Source: Gracilinanus agilis
Taxonomy: Eukaryota
Assembly (NCBI RefSeq): GCF_016433145.1
Contig: NC_058133.1
Span: 389,697,456-389,761,455 of the forward strand
Length of the DNA stretch: 64,000 nt
Reading direction: 5' to 3'
Of this stretch, positions 22,570-36,017 are shown piece by piece. The notes under the pieces are model-generated. The model searched no databases, was not told where the DNA came from, and worked only from the letters and a program-made list of their open reading frames with translations. Numbering within the stretch: position 1 is the first letter of the stretch; each line of letters opens with the position of its first letter. A program made the translations under genes and the position numbers.

Positions 22570-24788
22570 TTATTTCACAATTTGTGGGACTGACTTTCAT
22601 GTGGGCTCAACTATTCATAGTCTTGAAGTTATTTTTGACTTTTCTTTCTCCCTTACCTCTAATATTCATTTAAGGCCAGATTCTGTTCATTCCACATGTA
22701 CAGAAGAGTATATTTGTAAATGTTTGATAAGTGGTACTCAAAAAATATTTACATATATATTTATCAAGACATTTTAAAGCTAAATGTGCATTATTTACTT
22801 TTTCTATATCAGTTCTTTAATTCTAACTAATCTAAAAATAATACCTCAGACATTATTCGCAGCATTAATTGATTTCTAAGGTGTAAATGCTTAAACTGGA
22901 ATTTTAAACAAAGATTCTCTTGCATTCGGTGGGTCTGAAATGACACAGTTATCATTTTCTATTACAATAAAATTATTTCTTTTTTATGATAATGTTGTGA
23001 GTTTGATATGTTCATCTCCTAATTCCTCTTTTGAAAAAAAGATTCGCAAGATCAGTAATGAAAAAGTTTCTGAGTAGGTTTGGTGCTTTTGGTTTCCTTG
23101 GGGTCTTTATTCTGACTGATATTTTTCACATTTTAATCTGTGTTCTCCTAGGGCAACCAACATATTAAGGTCCCTTGGTATCAAGAGACTGATTGTCATA
23201 AGGAAGAAAATCATATAGAGAGCTTTAGTGGGATGGTACACCTTGAAAGCAAGGACAATACCAGCTTCAACTTGGTATCACCAATTCTTGGCATCATGCC
23301 TCTTCTGTGTAATTACAATCCAATAGAGCAAATATTTTTTATGTACAAGTAAGAACATAGGATTGATATTGGAGATACTTAAGGGTAAAAGTGGAGGAAA
23401 AATCTTGGCAGTTGTATTAGAGGAAGAAAGATGAACCAAGAAATAACTCCTCTAAGATTGTGAGCCTGAGAGTCTTAAATTGCATTATAAACAGGAGACA
23501 AATAAGGGTGTATTTTAAAAATAATTTTTAATGGAAGCTAAGATACCTAATTGCTGGTCTTTTACTTGTTTCTTTATAATTTTCGTATTTGCTTTTAAGG
23601 AAGTGATTCCTTCTCAGATGTAATTTAGAAAATATGACTCCAAAGGGACAATCCAACTCTGCAATTCGATAATTTGATAATTCCCTTTCTCAAAATCAGA
23701 AGTATTTCTTCCTGTAGTCTGATCTCTTTTGCTCCACTCAAAAACTTCCTGCTTTATTTTTCATTCTACCATTTCATTTCTCCCTAGGTACAGGTGTATT
23801 TGTAAAAATTTCTTGATTTCTAATATTCTCACAAACATTCTGGTAGCTATTTAGCACCATGAATAAAGAATTAGAAGTGGAGTCAGGAAGATATAAATTC
23901 AAATACTGTCTCACATACTCACTAGTTATATAACCCAGTGCAAATCATTCATTGCTCTCTGCCTCAGTTTCTTTATCTATACAGTGGAGATAATAATAGT
24001 AAGTCCTTGTTGCAAAGATCAATTGTTATCACATAAACACTGTTTTGCTTACCTTTAAGTGCCTTTATTATATAATCCTAGCTTCAGTTGCTATTGTCAT
24101 TTTCGTTGCTATTGCTGTTAAACTTATATTTAGACTTTATAACTTTGCCAGTGAGGAAACAAGTTATAATTCAGTGTAGAATGTGTAGGGGGAAGTACGT
24201 CTTTGTCAGTTAGTGAAATAATTATCTTCATCTCAAAATTCTTTCTTATTGAATATCCAAAACAAAACTCACAAGAAAACGGAATGGAAAGACATTATAA
24301 GGATATTTGCTGTCTTTCTTTTTTTCTTCAGAAATATTTTATTTTTCCCTCAATACATGTAAATGAAAAATACAAAACATGTAAAAGAATTAACATTCTT
24401 TATCTAATATTGAATTAAAAATTTTCTCACTTTCTTCAACACCTCTGTCTACCAGAGACAGTGAACAACTTTATATAAATGTTTCATTGTTATCATACAA
24501 ATATATGCTGTCATTCAGAGATAAGCCACTTTATCAAATCACTTTATTGCATGCTGAGCAAACCTTCCTATCCTAACCATAGAAGATGATAGACCTCAGA
24601 TGCCAGAGCTCTTGAGCCTTGAGAAATGACTTCCTTCCTAAAAGGTTAGGGGTCTTTTTCTTAGACATTGATTATCACATATCAGAAACAGGACATAAAG
24701 CAGGTCTCCTGGAACTCAAGTCTGGTGCTTTATCCACGTTTCTATGCTGATTATCAAAATTATTAAGAAACCTAAACACCTTTTTATG

Positions 24789-24920
24789 GTTCACACTTCA
24801 CACCTTGGGGATTTCATTATAAAAGTTTGGGGGAGATTCATTTATTCTCTTACCTCTTTTAAGTACACTTTATGGTTGGCTGTTTCATGACTCCTTAGGG
24901 AACTATAACCTAATAAAAGA
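24789..24920 (+). promoter_or_regulatory. Candidate promoter module (second copy)
   Basis: GTTCACACTTCACACCTTGGGGATT at 24789-24813, containing tandem TCACAC units, and TAATAAAAGA at 24911-24920. Confidence 0.45.
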
Positions 24921-25319
24921 GTCTTTTGACAACTTTCTCAACCAATTTTCCTACGTGCTAACCAACACTAATACTATTAGGAGTGTGAGAAAGTACCAAC
25001 AAACTCTCAACCATTGGATTAAAGGACCAATTGAAAAGGTAAATAATTAAAGATAATTTTTAAAATCACTAGTAAGTGGCATGTGCAATTAAAAGAAAAT
25101 TTTCACCATGTTCTAAATTTTGGTATATGTCAAAAGGACAAAGTCAATTTTTTTGTCTCAAAATAATGAAGAAATTGTGGATCATTATGCAATGGCTTTT
25201 GACCTTATGTAACATGACAACTGTTAATATTTCTGTGTTGACAACATATTTTTATCTCCCCTCTCTAAATTTAAAAATTTAGTAACATTTCATGTGCAAA
25301 TGGACTGAGGTCAAGGAAT

Positions 25320-26402
25320 ATGGAGTTACATGAAGATTCACATAGGAAAGAAGGGATCAACAGTTCCTCCCAACTTATGGCTGTGCAGTTCTGTTTTGAG
25401 AATGTGAATAAATCCTGCATCAAAACCACATACTCCCCCTTTCCTCGAATGATTCTCTATGTGGTCTTTGGCTTTGGGATTCTGCTGGCAGTATTTGGCA
25501 ACTTGCTGGTCATCACTGCCATTCTTCACTTCAAGCAGCTGCACACACCTACAAACTTCCTCATTGCCTCCTTGGCCTGTGCTGACTTTTTGGTTGGACT
25601 CACTGTGATGCCCTTCAGCATGGTGAGGTCAGTGGAAAGTTGCTGGTACTTTGGGGAGAGTTTCTGTAAATTTCACACCTGTTTTGATGGATCATTTTGC
25701 TATTCTTCTCTCTTCCATTTGTGTTTCATCTCTATTGATAGATATATTGCTGTCACTGACCCTCTGATCTATCCAACCAAGTTCACAGTGCGCATTTCAG
25801 GGATATGTATTGCTCTCTCCTGGGGTTGTTCAATAACGTATAGTTTTTCTCTCTTTTACACAGGGGTCACTGATGATGGGTTGGAGGATCTGGTCATTGC
25901 TCTCAGTTGTGTGGGAGGTTGCCAGGGTGCAATAAATCAAGACTGGGTTCTTGTTGGATTTCTTTTGTTCTTTATACCAACAATTGCTATGCTCACTATA
26001 TATGGCAAAATTTTTTTAGTGGCTAAACAGCAGGCTAGAAAGATAGAAAGTAGTAGCAACCAAGCTCAGGCTTCTGCAGAGAGCTATAAAGAAAGAGTAG
26101 CCAAAAGAGAGAGAAAGGCTGCTAAAACATTGGGAATTGCTATGGCTGTGTTTCTTGTCTCCTGGCTGCCATATTTCATTGATATACTAATTGATGCTTA
26201 TATGAATTTCATAACTCCAGCTTATGTCTATGAGATCTTATTGTGGTTTGTTTATTATAATTCGGCTATGAATCCTTTGATCTATGCCTTCTTTTACCCT
26301 TGGTTTCGGAAAGCAATAAAGCTCATTGTGAGTGGCAGAATCTTGAGGAATGATTCTTCATCAATGAATTTATTTTCTGAAGAAGTGGAAATCCACAACT
26401 GA
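25320..26402 (+). CDS. TAAR9: Trace amine-associated receptor 9-like, 360 aa; 354 of 360 residues identical to the gene at 13980
   Basis: Intact ORF with all TAAR motifs. Differs from 13980-15062 only at residues 10, 11, 14, 15, 20 and 44. Confidence 0.93.
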   Translation: MELHEDSHRKEGINSSSQLMAVQFCFENVNKSCIKTTYSPFPRMILYVVFGFGILLAVFGNLLVITAILHFKQLHTPTNFLIASLACADFLVGLTVMPFSMVRSVESCWYFGESFCKFHTCFDGSFCYSSLFHLCFISIDRYIAVTDPLIYPTKFTVRISGICIALSWGCSITYSFSLFYTGVTDDGLEDLVIALSCVGGCQGAINQDWVLVGFLLFFIPTIAMLTIYGKIFLVAKQQARKIESSSNQAQASAESYKERVAKRERKAAKTLGIAMAVFLVSWLPYFIDILIDAYMNFITPAYVYEILLWFVYYNSAMNPLIYAFFYPWFRKAIKLIVSGRILRNDSSSMNLFSEEVEIHN

Positions 26403-27473
26403 GAAAAATCTTGGCAAAGAATTCCAAAGTAATGAGGATTAAAAATTAAAGGTAAAATTTACTTTCTGGTAAATTCAAGAAATATCAATTTTTTTCAAGT
26501 TAATGGAACATTGCAAATAATAATAGTCCTGAGACATTTCTTGCCATTATTATTATCAGAATTATATAGTGTTTAGTGACAATGTCAAATTTCTATACAT
26601 ATTTACCAAAAATTTTCATAGCAGTCTCCCTTGTCAGCGCAAAGACCTGGAAAAAAAAGTTGTTTTCATTACTTATTTAAGGATGAGGATGGGGTAATAT
26701 TTTGTTTATAAATTAAATGGAAAGTTATTTTTATAAGAAATGATGAATTAGAGGAAGTTGAAAAGCTTTGGAAGATTTTTATTGAAAAATATTTCTAATA
26801 CTGTATCATTTTATATCTAATATCTGTAACATTTCATTTCTTATCTAAACCTTATCCTCATTCCTTTGTCCTGATATTCATAGGAAAAGTCTTTGCATTC
26901 CCTGCCCCAGTGCATCTATAATTGGGATAATTAAGATTGAGAATGTAAGTTCCATTCTTTCTTTTAAACAGAACTGGTTCCAGCCATATGTGTCCAGGAA
27001 TGGCATGGACAAGAAATCCTTGATTTCTTCCATTAGTATGAATGACTGAGGTCAAAATTTAACCATATCTAATTCCATTTTCCATCTAGAGAACCAGGAA
27101 TATTAGAATCTTATAATGAGGAATATGACATTATGTGAGGATCAGAAAAGGGAAAATATTGGCCCACCCTCTCACTGAGTATTGACCAATTAGAGATATA
27201 TTATCTCTAGGGGAGGACTGAATAATAGCTTGTCAGAAGTATACTTAAATGAAAACTAAAAAAAATTTATAATGTGTCCTCTGGTTACCAAGAGAAATCT
27301 TAGACCATTGATTTATTGATAGTCTATCAGCTAATTAATGAATTTATTTTTCAGACCTGGAACTCTTTCTAGGAAATTTTACCCATTACAGTATGACGTA
27401 ATACACAGTGGAATATCAGAGTCAGAACAATATACACAATTATTCCAATAATGAAAATCAAAAAGTCACAAGA

Positions 27474-27659
27474 GAGGGGCAGCTGGGTAGCTCAGTGGAT
27501 TGAGAGCCAGGCCTAGAGATGGGAGGTCCTAGGTTCAAATCCGGCCTCAGACACTTCCCAGCTGTGTGACCCTGGGCAAGTCACTTGACCCCCATTGCCC
27601 ACCCTTACCGCTCTTCCACCTATAAGTCAATACACAGAAGTTAAGGGTTTAAAAAAAAA
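27474..27659 (+). mobile_element. Young SINE1_Mdo-like SINE with poly(A) tail and TSD
   Basis: ggggcagctgggtagctcagtggattgagagcc...gttcaaatccggcc...aagggtttaaaa, flanked by the TSD AAAAGTCACAAGA. Confidence 0.85.
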
Positions 27660-30600
27660 AAAAGTCACAAGACAGTACCCAAACTGAATAGCTGAAACAT
27701 TAATAATAGTCCCAGAGAATAGATAATGGAATATAATTCTCTCTTCTTAGCAATGAAGTAAGAAAGTATGAAGGTAGAATGTTGGGTAAAAGGTCAAGTG
27801 CAATGATTTTATTTGTGGGTTTTTTTTGTTGTTTTTTACGTGTGTGTGTTTATTTACTTAACTGTATTTCTTGGTCACCAGGAAGGGTTCCATTTTGGGT
27901 TGAGAAGGGAGTTGAGATAAAGAAGATAATGGAATTGTCAGTGATATAAAAACTGAAGGCATCAATAAATCTTTGTGTATTCAATGAAGGGATTAGACTA
28001 GCCATTTTCCTCATCTATAAAGCATTTGATAAGAAAATTAATTTAGATTTGGGAAGGACATTTCATTTATACTTTGCTTTTTTCTTCCAAATACTTAAAA
28101 TTTTGTATTTTTTCTTGTCTTTATACCATTTTTACTGATGTTTGGCACCCAAAATAAAGTAAATAGCAGGAGCTAGCATTTATATATTTGCAGAGAGCTT
28201 TAAAGATGTTATCTTTTTTTCCTCAATAGATATCTAGGATATAGGTGCTATTAATATTCCCATTTTTCAACTGAGGAAACTGAGGCAGAAATAGGTTAAG
28301 TGATTTGCTTAGTATCCAAGGCTGAGTTTTAATGGAGTTCTCCCTGTCTCCAAAACAAGAACTAGTGCTGTCTCCATTCTGCCTCCTAGTTGTCTCAAAA
28401 TAATAAGTAACTATTTAAAACTCTGCAAAAAATAAAATGGGTTACAAATAATAAAATAGTAGTACCAACAATGAATTATTCTCTATCTTCTCAGCTTTTT
28501 AAAATAAACACACTTTGTGAATTCTATTTTATGCTATAGTGTCTTATATATTGTATTCTTCTCCTAGAATGTAAACCCAATCTGTGGTTGGTTGCCTCAG
28601 GGTCTTGAATGAGAGAGAAAATATTAAAAAATAGTTCAGTTCCAGATAAATCTATTTGTATCATCTCTCTAATAGTTATTTTCACATTCACAAATGGAGA
28701 ATTGTTTCCTCAAAACTGAGACATATAAGTAAATATACAAAAATCCCCAACACAAAACACATACACACACACACACAAGTGCATAAAGAGCAGGCCCTAG
28801 AGTTGGGAAGACTCATCTTTCTGAGTTCATATCTGACCTCAGACACTCGTTTTGTGACCCTGGGCAAGTCATCTATTCCAGTTTGTCTTATCTTTCTCAT
28901 CTATGAAATGAGTAGGAGAAGGAGATGGCAAATCACTTCAGTATCTTTGCCAAGAAAATCAAAATCAGTAACTAGATTGAGACAGACAAAAGCAATACCA
29001 AACACTATTTGCATTGTCCCTCCCCAAACCACTACTATTTCTGTGCTGAAGGTTTGGTGTTCTTCAGTCATTTGCAGCCTTTGAAAGAAAGTCTATTTTA
29101 AACAATAAACTGGACTAAAATGTAAAATGCTCTTGAAAATCATCTCTATTTTTCACTACCTCAGTTTTTCTCCCTAAAGAAATCATGCAACATTTCCTCA
29201 TCTCTGACTAGGGCTATACACATTAGAATATGCTATTTTTGAAAATGTGGTCTTTCATAATTTGAAACTGTGATTCACCCAAAGTAAATTGTTCTTTCAT
29301 CTTTTTAGGACCTGTCCTACTACAAACCAATAAAACTGTCTCACCAAACATCAAGATGTTCCTTAGCAGCCATGTTAAAGAAAGTGGCTTGCTCCATTGT
29401 AGGCATTTAAGTATAAAAGTGTTATAATTTTTATGTTTAATTAACTAGAAAGGAAAACTAATCCATGATTCAGTCAATACAAGACAAATATTGTATTTTG
29501 CAAGTTTTGTTAATGTACTAGCAAAGACACCACTTTTACTCCAGGTTTTGGAACTCTAAATCCTACCTTTATTCTGCTGCTGTCTGCAGCCCCCAACATG
29601 GCATTCTAGATGTGACAAGTATCTTTATCACCACAGTACCACTCCAAGTAGAGACCTTGTCAAGCTTGTGTTATAACATTTAGGAAGCTCTTGATTCATG
29701 TCATTGGGCATTGATAACCTCCAGCCTCTGCCCTTGATACCCTTTCCTTTTCCCAGGCAGACTGAGGGGAGGTTTCCCCAAATCTCCTCAATCTCATATT
29801 CTGCATTAAAACAAATGATCTCATCATGATACAGACTTCTAGTACCTGGAGCCACTGCCTTGTCTTTCGCATCACCACACTCATGCTAACTTCCATCCCT
29901 CCTACTGTGCATCACGTCTACTTCTGGAGGCTTCTAAATTAGATTTTGGACCCTAAAATTGCTACTCTTCAAGTTCTCTCACAGTGCCCTGAACCCGCTG
30001 GAAAAGGCAAGAAAAAAAGAAGAATCTTTCCTCAAAGGTGAAATATTGTTTCTATCATGCTTCTCTCACTTCTAAACTCCTGCCATGGGTAGGAAGGTCT
30101 AGAGCAGAGATCACAATGGATATAATGGATAGTGGATTTCTATCTTTTTAGGAAGTAGATATGAGAACTAATACAGGTCTTAATAACTGACCTTTCATAT
30201 AATTGGTTAATGACTTGCTATGAAATAGTCGTTTGGTTTTTGCTTAACAAAAAATCCAGATGTTTCCTTTGAAACATTTGCCCCTCTGAAAACTGACAAT
30301 ATTAAAAAGCATTTCGAAAATAAGTCCTTGATACTAGGATCATTTTCCCTCAATAACCAAAATTGCCATATGATTGCTTGTTCTGTAGAAATAGGAGCTT
30401 TAGAAGAGTGTTTCAGTCTTACAAAGAAAATAGGAAGAGAAAACAAAATAGCTTCAGAGGAGAATTTGGTGATAGTGGAATATTCTGAAGGTTTTAACTT
30501 TTTAAGGAAAAAAAAAAAGAATTTCAGTATCTGTCACCATATTCACCTTCACAAATTCATCTTCACTAAAACACTGAAAATAAGCTAGGATTTCTGAAAT

Positions 30601-32084
30601 GAGATACCTAACTTCTATCACATTCTTACTACATTCATGGTTTTTTGCTAGTGCTTTTTGGTGTTTCTGAAGTAGATTTCTAATTTCTTAATTAATCTTC
30701 TCTTATTTTACATAAGTATTGATTAAACTCAAAAAGGTATATTTCAAGGTGATCTTTAAAATAATATTTCCTAGGGACACTAAAACTGTGTAGATACTTG
30801 TAGACACTAAAACTATTTGCAAATTAAATATAATATCTTGGGTTTTTTATATTTCAGAAAAGAAATCACCTAGCTCCCATTTTTCTAAAGATTCTTTGTT
30901 CTTCTTCAGTGGATCTTTTCATACTAGTAACAATGTGACATGATACTTTTATAAAGTAAATATTAAAATAAATTAGTTTTTGTAATAATTTATAATTTTA
31001 TATTTCTAGTTAAATAAATTTACATTTTTCTCACCCTTCATAAGTTACAATAATGATTCTTCTCTTTCTCAATCTCTCTCACCTATACCAAAGTCATGTT
31101 GAATATGAAACTGCAAAATATCATTTCCTACATGCCATTTAATGCAGAATGAATTATAGTGGTGTACAAGAAGAAATCTATACATCAGCTTTGAGAATTT
31201 TGCTTAAAGGAACCTTGAGGGAAAATTTGTGAGAAGGTTTCCCTCTTCCCACCCCCATCGTCTTACTGGGTTACTGATAAGGAGCAAATTTCAAAGCATT
31301 TTGTACTGCCACATGGTGCAAGAGAGATGGAGCATGCTATGAGAACTGCCATCAGAGAAAAGGGTGTGCTAGATGAAGATGATCAATTCTGGCACCTTTT
31401 ACTTCTCCAAAACAAGTCTCTCATTTGCTTAGTTTCCATATGAATTCCAGTGCAATGATTATCATCAATATTATACATTCTCAACATGAGTGAAACTTCA
31501 ACTTAAAAATGAAGTCCACCTAATACACTTTGCATTACAAACATTTATTCACATTACATAAATTACAAACTCCTTCAAAAGGAGTCCTCTGTAACAAAGT
31601 AAAATAGTTGAGTAAAATTAACTTTATTTAAAGTAACTAAAAATTAATATTGCAATGATTTCATCTAAAAGTGCATGTAACTTTTCAAATAGATTGCACC
31701 CTTTCATCTCTGTTTTAAAATGAACAGAAATCTATCTTTTCCTTTTTCTACCTCTACTCTCCAGGAAAAGAGACCAAAAATTTTCCTTTAATAAACAGCC
31801 AAACAAAACAAATTCTCTCAATGAATATATACACAGGTATATATGCGTAGTATTATGTACATATATCTGTATATGAGAAAATTAGGTTGTACAGTAGAAA
31901 AGGTACTAGGCCTGAAGTCAGGAAGACTCATCTTCCTGAGTTCAAATCTGACCTCAGATGCTTACTAGCTGTGACCCTGACCAAGTCATTTAATCCTGTT
32001 TGCCTCAGTTTCTTATCCATATAAAATGAGCTGGAGAAGGAAATTGCAAACTACTCCAGTATCTTTGCCAAGAAAATTTTAGTC

Positions 32085-32520
32085 ACAATCCTATCTAAAT
32101 CGATTTAGTCAGTGTCATAACTATCATACTATCAAAAAATTTTATTATAGAACTAGAAAAAATAATAACAAAATTCATATGGAAGAAAAAATAAGGTAAA
32201 GACTATCAAGGGAACTAATGGAAAAAAAAATGTGAAAGATGGTGACCTAAGTAGTATCAGACCTTAAACTGTACTCTAAAACAGTGATCATCAATACAAT
32301 CTGGTACTGGCTAAGAAATAGAAGGTTGGATCAGTAGAATAGATTATGAGTAAATAACTTCAGCAATCTAGTGTTTGTTAAATCCAAAGATCCCAACTTT
32401 GGGGACAAGAACTCAATATTTAACAAAAAATGCTGGGAAGATTGGAAAAGAATATGGCAAAAGTTAGGTTTAGATCAGTATCTCATATAATAGATCAAGA
32501 TATGGTCAAAATGGACATAC
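32085..32520 (+). mobile_element. Decayed L1 ORF2 fragment, continuing after 32893
   Basis: Recognisable ORF2 nucleotide motifs (gaactagaaaaaataataacaaaattcatatgg, caatctggtactggctaagaaatag, aaaaaatgctgggaa). A shorter uninterrupted paralog lies near 43620-43820. Confidence 0.75.
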
Positions 32521-32521
32521 G

Positions 32522-32893
32522 CTTCTTTTTATTTAGAATATTTTTCCATGATTACATGATTCATGATCCCCACCCTCCTGTTCAATCGTCCTCCTTCCCA
32601 AAGCCAACAAGCAGTTTCACTGGTGATACATATATCACTGTTCAAAACCTATTTCTATGTTATTCATATTTGCAATAGTCATCTTTTAACATAAAAGCAC
32701 TACATGATCGAGCAAATATTTTTCTAATGCATTTCTGCTCCCACAGTTCTTTCTCTGTATGTGGATAATGGTCTTTCTCACAAGTTCCTCTGAATTGTCC
32801 TGGATCATTGCATTGCTGCTAGTAGAAAAGTCTATTACATTCGATTGTGCCAGTGTATCAGTCTCTGTGTGCAATGTTCTTCTGGTTCTGTTC
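32522..32893 (-). mobile_element. L1 3' UTR fragment inserted into the older L1 piece
   Basis: Reverse-strand marsupial L1 3' end with approximate TSD tcaaaatgga. Confidence 0.75.
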
Positions 32894-33462
32894 AAAATGG
32901 ATACATGATTTAAACATAAAGAAAGACATTATAAGAAAATTTCAGTCACCACTGAAATAACTGAACAACAAGTAGAACAACAAATATCAGTATATAAACA
33001 TTAACATTTATACCCAAAGCACTGTACCCTAATTTGCAAATTTTGAAAGGCCTGGGTAAGAATTTCCCTGGGAATGTTTGACTTGATTAAAGTCAACACT
33101 GAAAGAAAACACTTATACCTAATATCCTAGATATTAAAGAAAGAATTTTTATTGATATTGTGACCTCTGACTTTTTATTGACTTTATAACTACACGTCCC
33201 ACTTGTGTGTAGATAATAGAGCAGCAGAAGGAACTGATATGGGTAGATGGGCTCTTTTGAGACTGTCAGGAATTATTTTTCTATATGCTTAAGGCAACAA
33301 AGGTGACAAAAATCACTATCATTTATACAGGTGACATCATTGAAGATCCATTCAGAGGTAAACTGTCAGGACTCTCTTGCTTTAAATGAGGGACTAAACA
33401 CTTGTTTTCAAAATAACTATCTAAATAATGATTACTGGAGGAAAAAGAAATCTATTCTCATA

Positions 33463-33598
33463 GTTCACACCTTATACTACAGGGATTCTAGCTCAGGGCC
33501 TTTCAGGGGTGGAGTTCCCCTGGCTGACTTTTAGAACTCAGAGGATTTAGGACAAAACTTCGATCTGACAAGATGGGGAAGGGGGTGTTAATAAAAGA
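33463..33598 (+). promoter_or_regulatory. Candidate promoter module with O/E-like sites (TTTCAGGGG, TTCCCCTGG)
   Basis: GTTCACACCTTATACTACAGGGATT at 33463-33487 includes a perfect TCACACCT T-box half-site. TAATAAAAGA at 33589-33598. Confidence 0.45.
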
Positions 33599-33949
33599 TG
33601 CCCCTCGAAATGGGCAAGAACAATTTATTGCTGTTTCCCTAAGAAAATTTCTCAGAAATACAGCTTAGAAGATCAAAAGACTATTTTTCTCAAATATTCA
33701 GGTCAAAGATAATTGCTTGTTTTTTGATAAATTATCAATGCTGCTCTCTGAGATATTTCCACAACTTCTGGGAATTGATAATTAAATTGGAAATGGTTCA
33801 TCTTGCTTTGAAAATGTAATTGGTATTTTTTTGTATAGACATTAACTTAAGGTATTATTTTCTAATAAAGCCATTGGATGTTTCAATGGTGAGCTCTGTG
33901 TGAGCACAAAAAAACTCCAGAAATACTGCAAGTTTGCAAGAGAAGAATC

Positions 33950-34993
33950 ATGAGTGAGAGCAATGGGATTCAGCCAGCAGCTGTGCAGCTCTGCTATGAA
34001 AATGTCAATGGCTCTTGCATTCAGACTCCCTACTCCCCAGTACTCCGAGTCATCCTCTACCTGACCTATGGCACAGGGGTTGTGCTGGCTGTCTTGGGAA
34101 ACCTTCTGGTCATGATTTCAATCCTTCACTTCAGGCAGCTGCATTCTCCAGCCAACTTCCTCATTGCCTCCTTGGCTTGTGCTGACTTTCTGGTGGGAGC
34201 CACTGTGATGCCCTTCAGCATGGTGAGGTCTGTGGAGAGTTGTTGGTACTTTGGCAACAGTTACTGTAAACTTCATACTACTTTTGATGTGGCATTTTGT
34301 TATACTTCCCTCTTTCACTTGTGCTTCATCTCTATTGATAGATATATTGCTGTCACTGACCCTCTAACTTATCCAACCAAGTTCACATTCTCTGTCTCTG
34401 GGCTATGTATAACCCTCTCCTGGACCTTTACGATGTCTTACAGTGGTTCTGTTTTTTACACAGGTGTCAATGATGATGGACTGGAGGAGTTAGTAAGTGC
34501 CCTCACTTGTGTGGGAGGCTGTCAGATTGCTGTGAACCAGAAATGGACCTTAATACATTTTCTGTTGTTTTTCACGCCCAGCCTCATTATGATCATTCTT
34601 TACTCTAAGATTTTTCTAGTAGCTAAAGTGCAGGCTAGAAAGATTGAAAGCACAGGTAGCACAGGGGAATCTTCATCTGCAGACAGTTACAAAGCCAGAG
34701 TGTCCAAGAGGGAGAGAAAAGCAGCCAAAACACTGGGCATAGCTGTGATTGCATTCATGATTTCATGGTTACCCTACTCGCTTGACTCAGTAATTGATCC
34801 TTTTCTTGGTTTCATCACCCCTGCCTATGTTTATGAGATTTGCTGTTGGTTTGCTTATTATAACTCAGCAGTGAATCCCCTGATTTATGGTTTCTTTTAC
34901 CCTTGGTTTCGAAAAGCTGTAAAACTCATTGTCACTGGCAAAGTCTTAGAAAATGGCTCTTCAAGCATGAATTTGTTTTCTGAACAAGAATGA
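33950..34993 (+). CDS. Trace amine-associated receptor, TAAR6/TAAR8 clade, 347 aa (His at 5.43)
   Basis: [25 protein letters not shown]113 (3.32), [34 protein letters not shown] and NSAVNPLIY. Mixes TAAR6- and TAAR8-type signatures, so no symbol is assigned. Confidence 0.92.
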   Translation: MSESNGIQPAAVQLCYENVNGSCIQTPYSPVLRVILYLTYGTGVVLAVLGNLLVMISILHFRQLHSPANFLIASLACADFLVGATVMPFSMVRSVESCWYFGNSYCKLHTTFDVAFCYTSLFHLCFISIDRYIAVTDPLTYPTKFTFSVSGLCITLSWTFTMSYSGSVFYTGVNDDGLEELVSALTCVGGCQIAVNQKWTLIHFLLFFTPSLIMIILYSKIFLVAKVQARKIESTGSTGESSSADSYKARVSKRERKAAKTLGIAVIAFMISWLPYSLDSVIDPFLGFITPAYVYEICCWFAYYNSAVNPLIYGFFYPWFRKAVKLIVTGKVLENGSSSMNLFSEQE

Positions 34994-35542
34994 AGGTTAA
35001 AATGAAGAAACTGGCTGTGAATGTCTCCTGGTATTTATACTTTTCTGAATTGTTATTTTTATTCGTTCAGAATTCTTAAATGACAGATATTAAATATAAT
35101 ACATTAGCAACACTTCCTAGCAATGCCAGAAACGTAAACCATTCTTTCCACTAGTCCAGTTCATAATGCTTTTCAGAGTTTTGGCAGTTGCATTTCTCTG
35201 TAACCTTAGTATTAAAAAATTGATGATAGATATTACAAGGGATTAATAGTTACTTTGGGCCTCAGCTCTAAAGAATTCCTTGGTTTGTTGGATCTTTCTC
35301 TCACTTACCTCTTTCATTCCACTAACTTCTCTTTACTTTTCTGATATGTATTCCCAAATCATTCTTCTTTTTTATTCCACTTTCTCTTTCCAAAATTTCC
35401 TAGTATTCTGTTAATCATCCTAGCTCTGACCACCTAATTCTTCCTATTTATCCAATTATCATTCATGTCTATTGGTTCTGATGTGTACCTCACTGCCCAC
35501 ATAGCAGGAAAGAGTATAATTCTCTTCCTCTCATTACACAAT

Positions 35543-35576
<34 letters not shown>

Positions 35577-35609
35577 AAGAGAGAGAGACAGAGAGAGAGA
35601 GACAGAGAG
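35543..35609. repeat. Compound (GA)n/(GACA)n microsatellite
   Basis: Direct reading of the sequence. The paralogous site near 46433 has only a short agagagag. Confidence 0.95.
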
Positions 35610-35903
35610 CACTGTTTAGTATTTCCTTGTGATACTAATTGAATAACACGAGGGTGGCTGCAGAGTTGGACCAAATTCCAGTGTGCAATGTATGGGAGAT
35701 TATTTCTAATACTGATTATTTTACTGATATTATTTCTGCTCTCTACCTGGAATGGCAGTGCCCCTCACCCCCATCCCCTACTACTTTGGCTCATCACCTT
35801 ATTTACAAAAAAAAAAAAATGGCTGGTTTTATATCTCTAGAGACTTTGCTTTTCATACAATAAAACTAAACAGAAACTGATTATTGATCCATTCATTTCT
35901 CAC

Positions 35904-36017
35904 TTCTTTTATACTTGGTTTTGGGAAGCAATAAAACTCATTGTGAGTGGCAGAATCTTCAGGAATGATTCTTCATCAATCCATTTGTTTTCTGAAGAAA
36001 CAGAAATACAGAACTGA
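35904..36017 (+). pseudogene. Orphan 3' remnant of a TAAR9-like gene (helix 8 and C-tail only)
   Basis: Reads [37 protein letters not shown], ungapped against [37 protein letters not shown]. It is followed by the full TAAR9-type downstream block but has no upstream CDS. Confidence 0.9.

Larger units (their letters stand above)
29608..35746 (+). repeat. Segmental duplication unit of the TAAR6/8-like genes, paralogous to 41402-46589
   Basis: Colinear from agatgtg(a/g)caagtatc to atttctgctctctac, differing by insertions (30190-31060, an L1 and the LTR at 42123-42858). Confidence 0.85.

Noticed and set aside
27474-27560. tRNA-like A/B-box sequences
   Set aside because: These are heads of tRNA-derived SINEs, followed by CORE, tail and TSD. 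They are not tRNA genes.
28656-29084. 142-aa plus-strand ORF
   Set aside because: It runs through a (CA)n tract and a MAR1-type SINE, so it is a chance ORF.
30207-30588. Overlapping open frames on both strands in a block unique to the gene 4 unit
   Set aside because: There is no ATG-led long ORF or recognisable domain, and the frame crosses a poly(A) run. A BLASTX search would be needed to rescue it.
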